Assembly (NCBI GenBank): GCA_963741205.1
Contig: CAVUHW010000016.1
Location: 1-31,318 of the forward strand
Direction of reading: 5' to 3'
Origin: Nitrospirota bacterium
Lineage (GTDB): Bacteria > Nitrospirota > UBA9217
Length of the DNA stretch: 31,318 nucleotides
Positions 29,801 to 31,318 of this stretch are shown piece by piece. Position 1 is the stretch's first letter; the number at the start of each line of letters is the position of its first letter. The position numbers were made by a program, and so were the translations under genes. The notes beneath the pieces are model-generated. The model made no database searches. It was not told where the DNA came from and saw only the letters and a list, made by a program, of their open reading frames with translations.

Positions 29801-30762
29801 GCGTTTGCCGGGCAGTTCGCCGGTGAGCATCTGGTAGAACACCACGCCCAGCGCGTAGATGTCCGCGCGATGATCCACCTCGGCGGGATGCGCGACCTGC
29901 TCGGGCGCCATGTATTGCGGCGTGCCCATGACCTTGCCGGCGTCGGTGAGCGCGGCGGTCGCGCCCGTCACCCGGCTGTCGCCTCTCCCCATCCGATGGG
30001 CAGAGGGTGTCCGACGGACGGTGCGCGGTCCGCTCGCCACCATCTTCGCCAGGCCGAAATCCGCCACCTTCACCCGGCCCGGCGGTCCAGCAGGATGTTC
30101 TCCGGCTTGATGTCGCGATGGACGATGCCCTGGTCGTGGGCGAATTGCAGCGCGTCGCAAATCTGCGGCACGATGGCCAGCGCCTCGCGCGGCGAGACGC
30201 GGCCGGCGTGCAGCAGCTGCCGCAGGTTCACGCCGTCCACGAACTCCATGAGGAAGTAGTAGAGTGGGACAGGCTTCGCAGCCTGTCTCTGATCGACTGG
30301 CTGCCAGGCGTCTCAGCCAAGACAGGCTGGAAGCCTGTCCGCACCTTGCACCTGCCCGAATTCGTAGAGCGTCACGATGCCGGGATGATTCAGCTTGGCC
30401 AGCGCCTTGGCTTCGCGGGCGAAGCGTTCGGCAAACGCCGGATCGTCGCCGATGCCCGGCGGCAGGATCTTCAGCGCGACGATGCGGTCGAGTTGCTTCT
30501 GGCGCGCCTTGTAGACCGCGCCCATGCCGCCTTTGCCGATGAGTTCGAGGATTTCCAGTTGCGGGAACAGCGGCGCGAGTTCGGCCACGGGCGGCGGGCT
30601 GAAGGCGGCTTGCTGCGCCGCCGGTGACGGTGTCGGCCGCCGCGCCTTGCTGAGCAGGCAGGCCGGGCAAAGGCCGGCGAGCGCGCCGGTAGGCAGCGGC
30701 GTGCCGCATTGCGGGCATTTCCGGGCGTCGGGCGGGGGCGGATTCACTTCGCGGTCATTCAT
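26841..30762 (-). CDS. Large membrane Ser/Thr kinase with Wzc/GumC-like periplasmic module and duplicated C-terminal domain (multiple frameshifts)
   Basis: CPQC..CPACLL N-term; GKGGMG, ALKIL, HRDIKPEN, DFGLAK, GTPQYMAPE, DIYALG; TM; FASTARIKI, TEFE.I.S, RNTSLIEITVYS, AAKIANAVA.Y; AQP..PVRPNKPLNLALG; further TMs; two GLLQ.TGFT..PRGV..RYK units. Confidence 0.85.
29978..30030. repeat. Palindromic CCCTCTCCCATC.GATGGGAGAGGG-type element inside the kinase activation segment
   Basis: cctctccccatccgatgggcagagggtgtccgacggacggtgcgcgg between DFGLAK and LT..G..MGTP. Confidence 0.7.
30264..30344. repeat. REP doublet inside the kinase N-lobe
   Basis: gtgggacaggcttcgcagcctgtc ... gacaggctggaagcctgtccgcac, 81 bp, inverted arms each a hairpin. 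Confidence 0.8.
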
Positions 30763-30844
30763 ACACCAACCTCAGAAGCGAAACCGAGGATTTGTTACAC
30801 ACTATTTTCGGCAAGGAAGCATTGCGCAGCTGGTCGCAGCGGCA

Positions 30845-30917
30845 GGAGCGCGGACAGCTTTGTCCGCGCGATGCCTCTACGGTTCATGGAACTCGCGGAC
30901 AAGAATGTCCGCGCTCC
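30845..30917. repeat. REP doublet (REPIN-like)
   Basis: ggagcgcggacagctttgtccgcg ... cgcggacaagaatgtccgcgctcc. Confidence 0.8.
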
Positions 30918-31003
30918 GAAAACCAGACGGGCCGGGACATTTGCTTGACTGACTCCGGCGTCGAGGAAGAATCTCGGTCGAAGGATGACCTCATGAGGTT
31001 TCG

Positions 31004-31318
31004 ATGAAAACAACCATTTCCCTTCTCATCACTTGCCTGCTCGACGTGCGCGGGCACCGCGGTCGAACCGGCGCTCACGATTTACAACCAGAACTTTGCC
31101 GTCGTGCGCGAGACCATTCCGCTCGACCTCAAAGCGGGCGTCAACCAGGTGCGCTTTGCGGGCGCGACCACTTACCTCGAACCCAGTTCAGTGATCCTGC
31201 GCGACCCGGCGGGCAAGCGCCGCCTGCAAATCCTCGAACAGAATTTTCGCGGCGATCCCGTTTCGCAGGAGTTGCTGCTCGATTTGAACGAGGGGAAGAC
31301 AATCGAGTTTGAGCGCGT
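31004..31318 (+). CDS. DUF4139/DUF4140-like secreted protein, 5' partial (frameshift near 31045; runs off the window)
   Basis: MKTTISLLITCLL signal, then EPALTIYNQNFAVVRETIPLDLKAGVNQVRF..LEPSSVILRD..LQILEQNFRGD. Confidence 0.8.

Noticed and set aside
30313-30315. TGA as selenocysteine or recoded stop in the kinase
   Set aside because: It lies in a non-conserved repeat-derived loop, not at a Cys-equivalent site; TGA is used as a normal stop nearby, so a read error or true nonsense codon is more likely.
17585-30762. A single EPS system linking the Wzx/MarR locus to the Wzc-like kinase
   Set aside because: The two sit on opposite sides of a probable chimeric junction at ~19520.
1-31318. tRNA or rRNA genes
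   Set aside because: No cloverleaf/T-loop signature or rRNA conserved segments were recognised by eye.

Overview
This window looks like low-polish long-read sequence: single-base indels break many essential genes, so most 'split' ORFs are probably read errors. It has two halves that look unrelated and meet abruptly at ~19.52 kb. The left half (1-19.5 kb) is housekeeping DNA of Nitrospirota/deltaproteobacterial character (taxon inferred): mutS, family-4 UDG, nadK, tsaE, a CBS protein, nnr, acpS, pdxJ, an internally deleted IS200/IS605 tnpB element, a FlgT-like secreted protein, a divergent folD, a patatin-glpQ-glpD lipid-scavenging cluster, a reversed-order PIN/UPF0175 toxin-antitoxin pair, and the start of an EPS locus (MarR-type regulator, truncated Wzx flippase). 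The right half (19.5-31.3 kb) is a Verrucomicrobia/PVC-style signalling island (taxon inferred) with two ECF sigma factors, a Ser/Thr kinase-WD40 protein, a secreted protein, a prepilin-type H-X9-DG protein, a ~1300-codon membrane Ser/Thr kinase and a DUF4139 gene. The main highlights are: (i) the large Hanks kinase is fused to a Wzc/GumC-like polysaccharide co-polymerase periplasmic module plus a duplicated C-terminal domain; (ii) two unrelated palindromic repeat elements sit frame-preserving inside that kinase's catalytic domain; (iii) an exact bipartite motif TGAAAGA-N15-CGAATCTGT precedes both an ECF gene and the secreted-protein gene, suggesting a complete sigma/kinase/target circuit.
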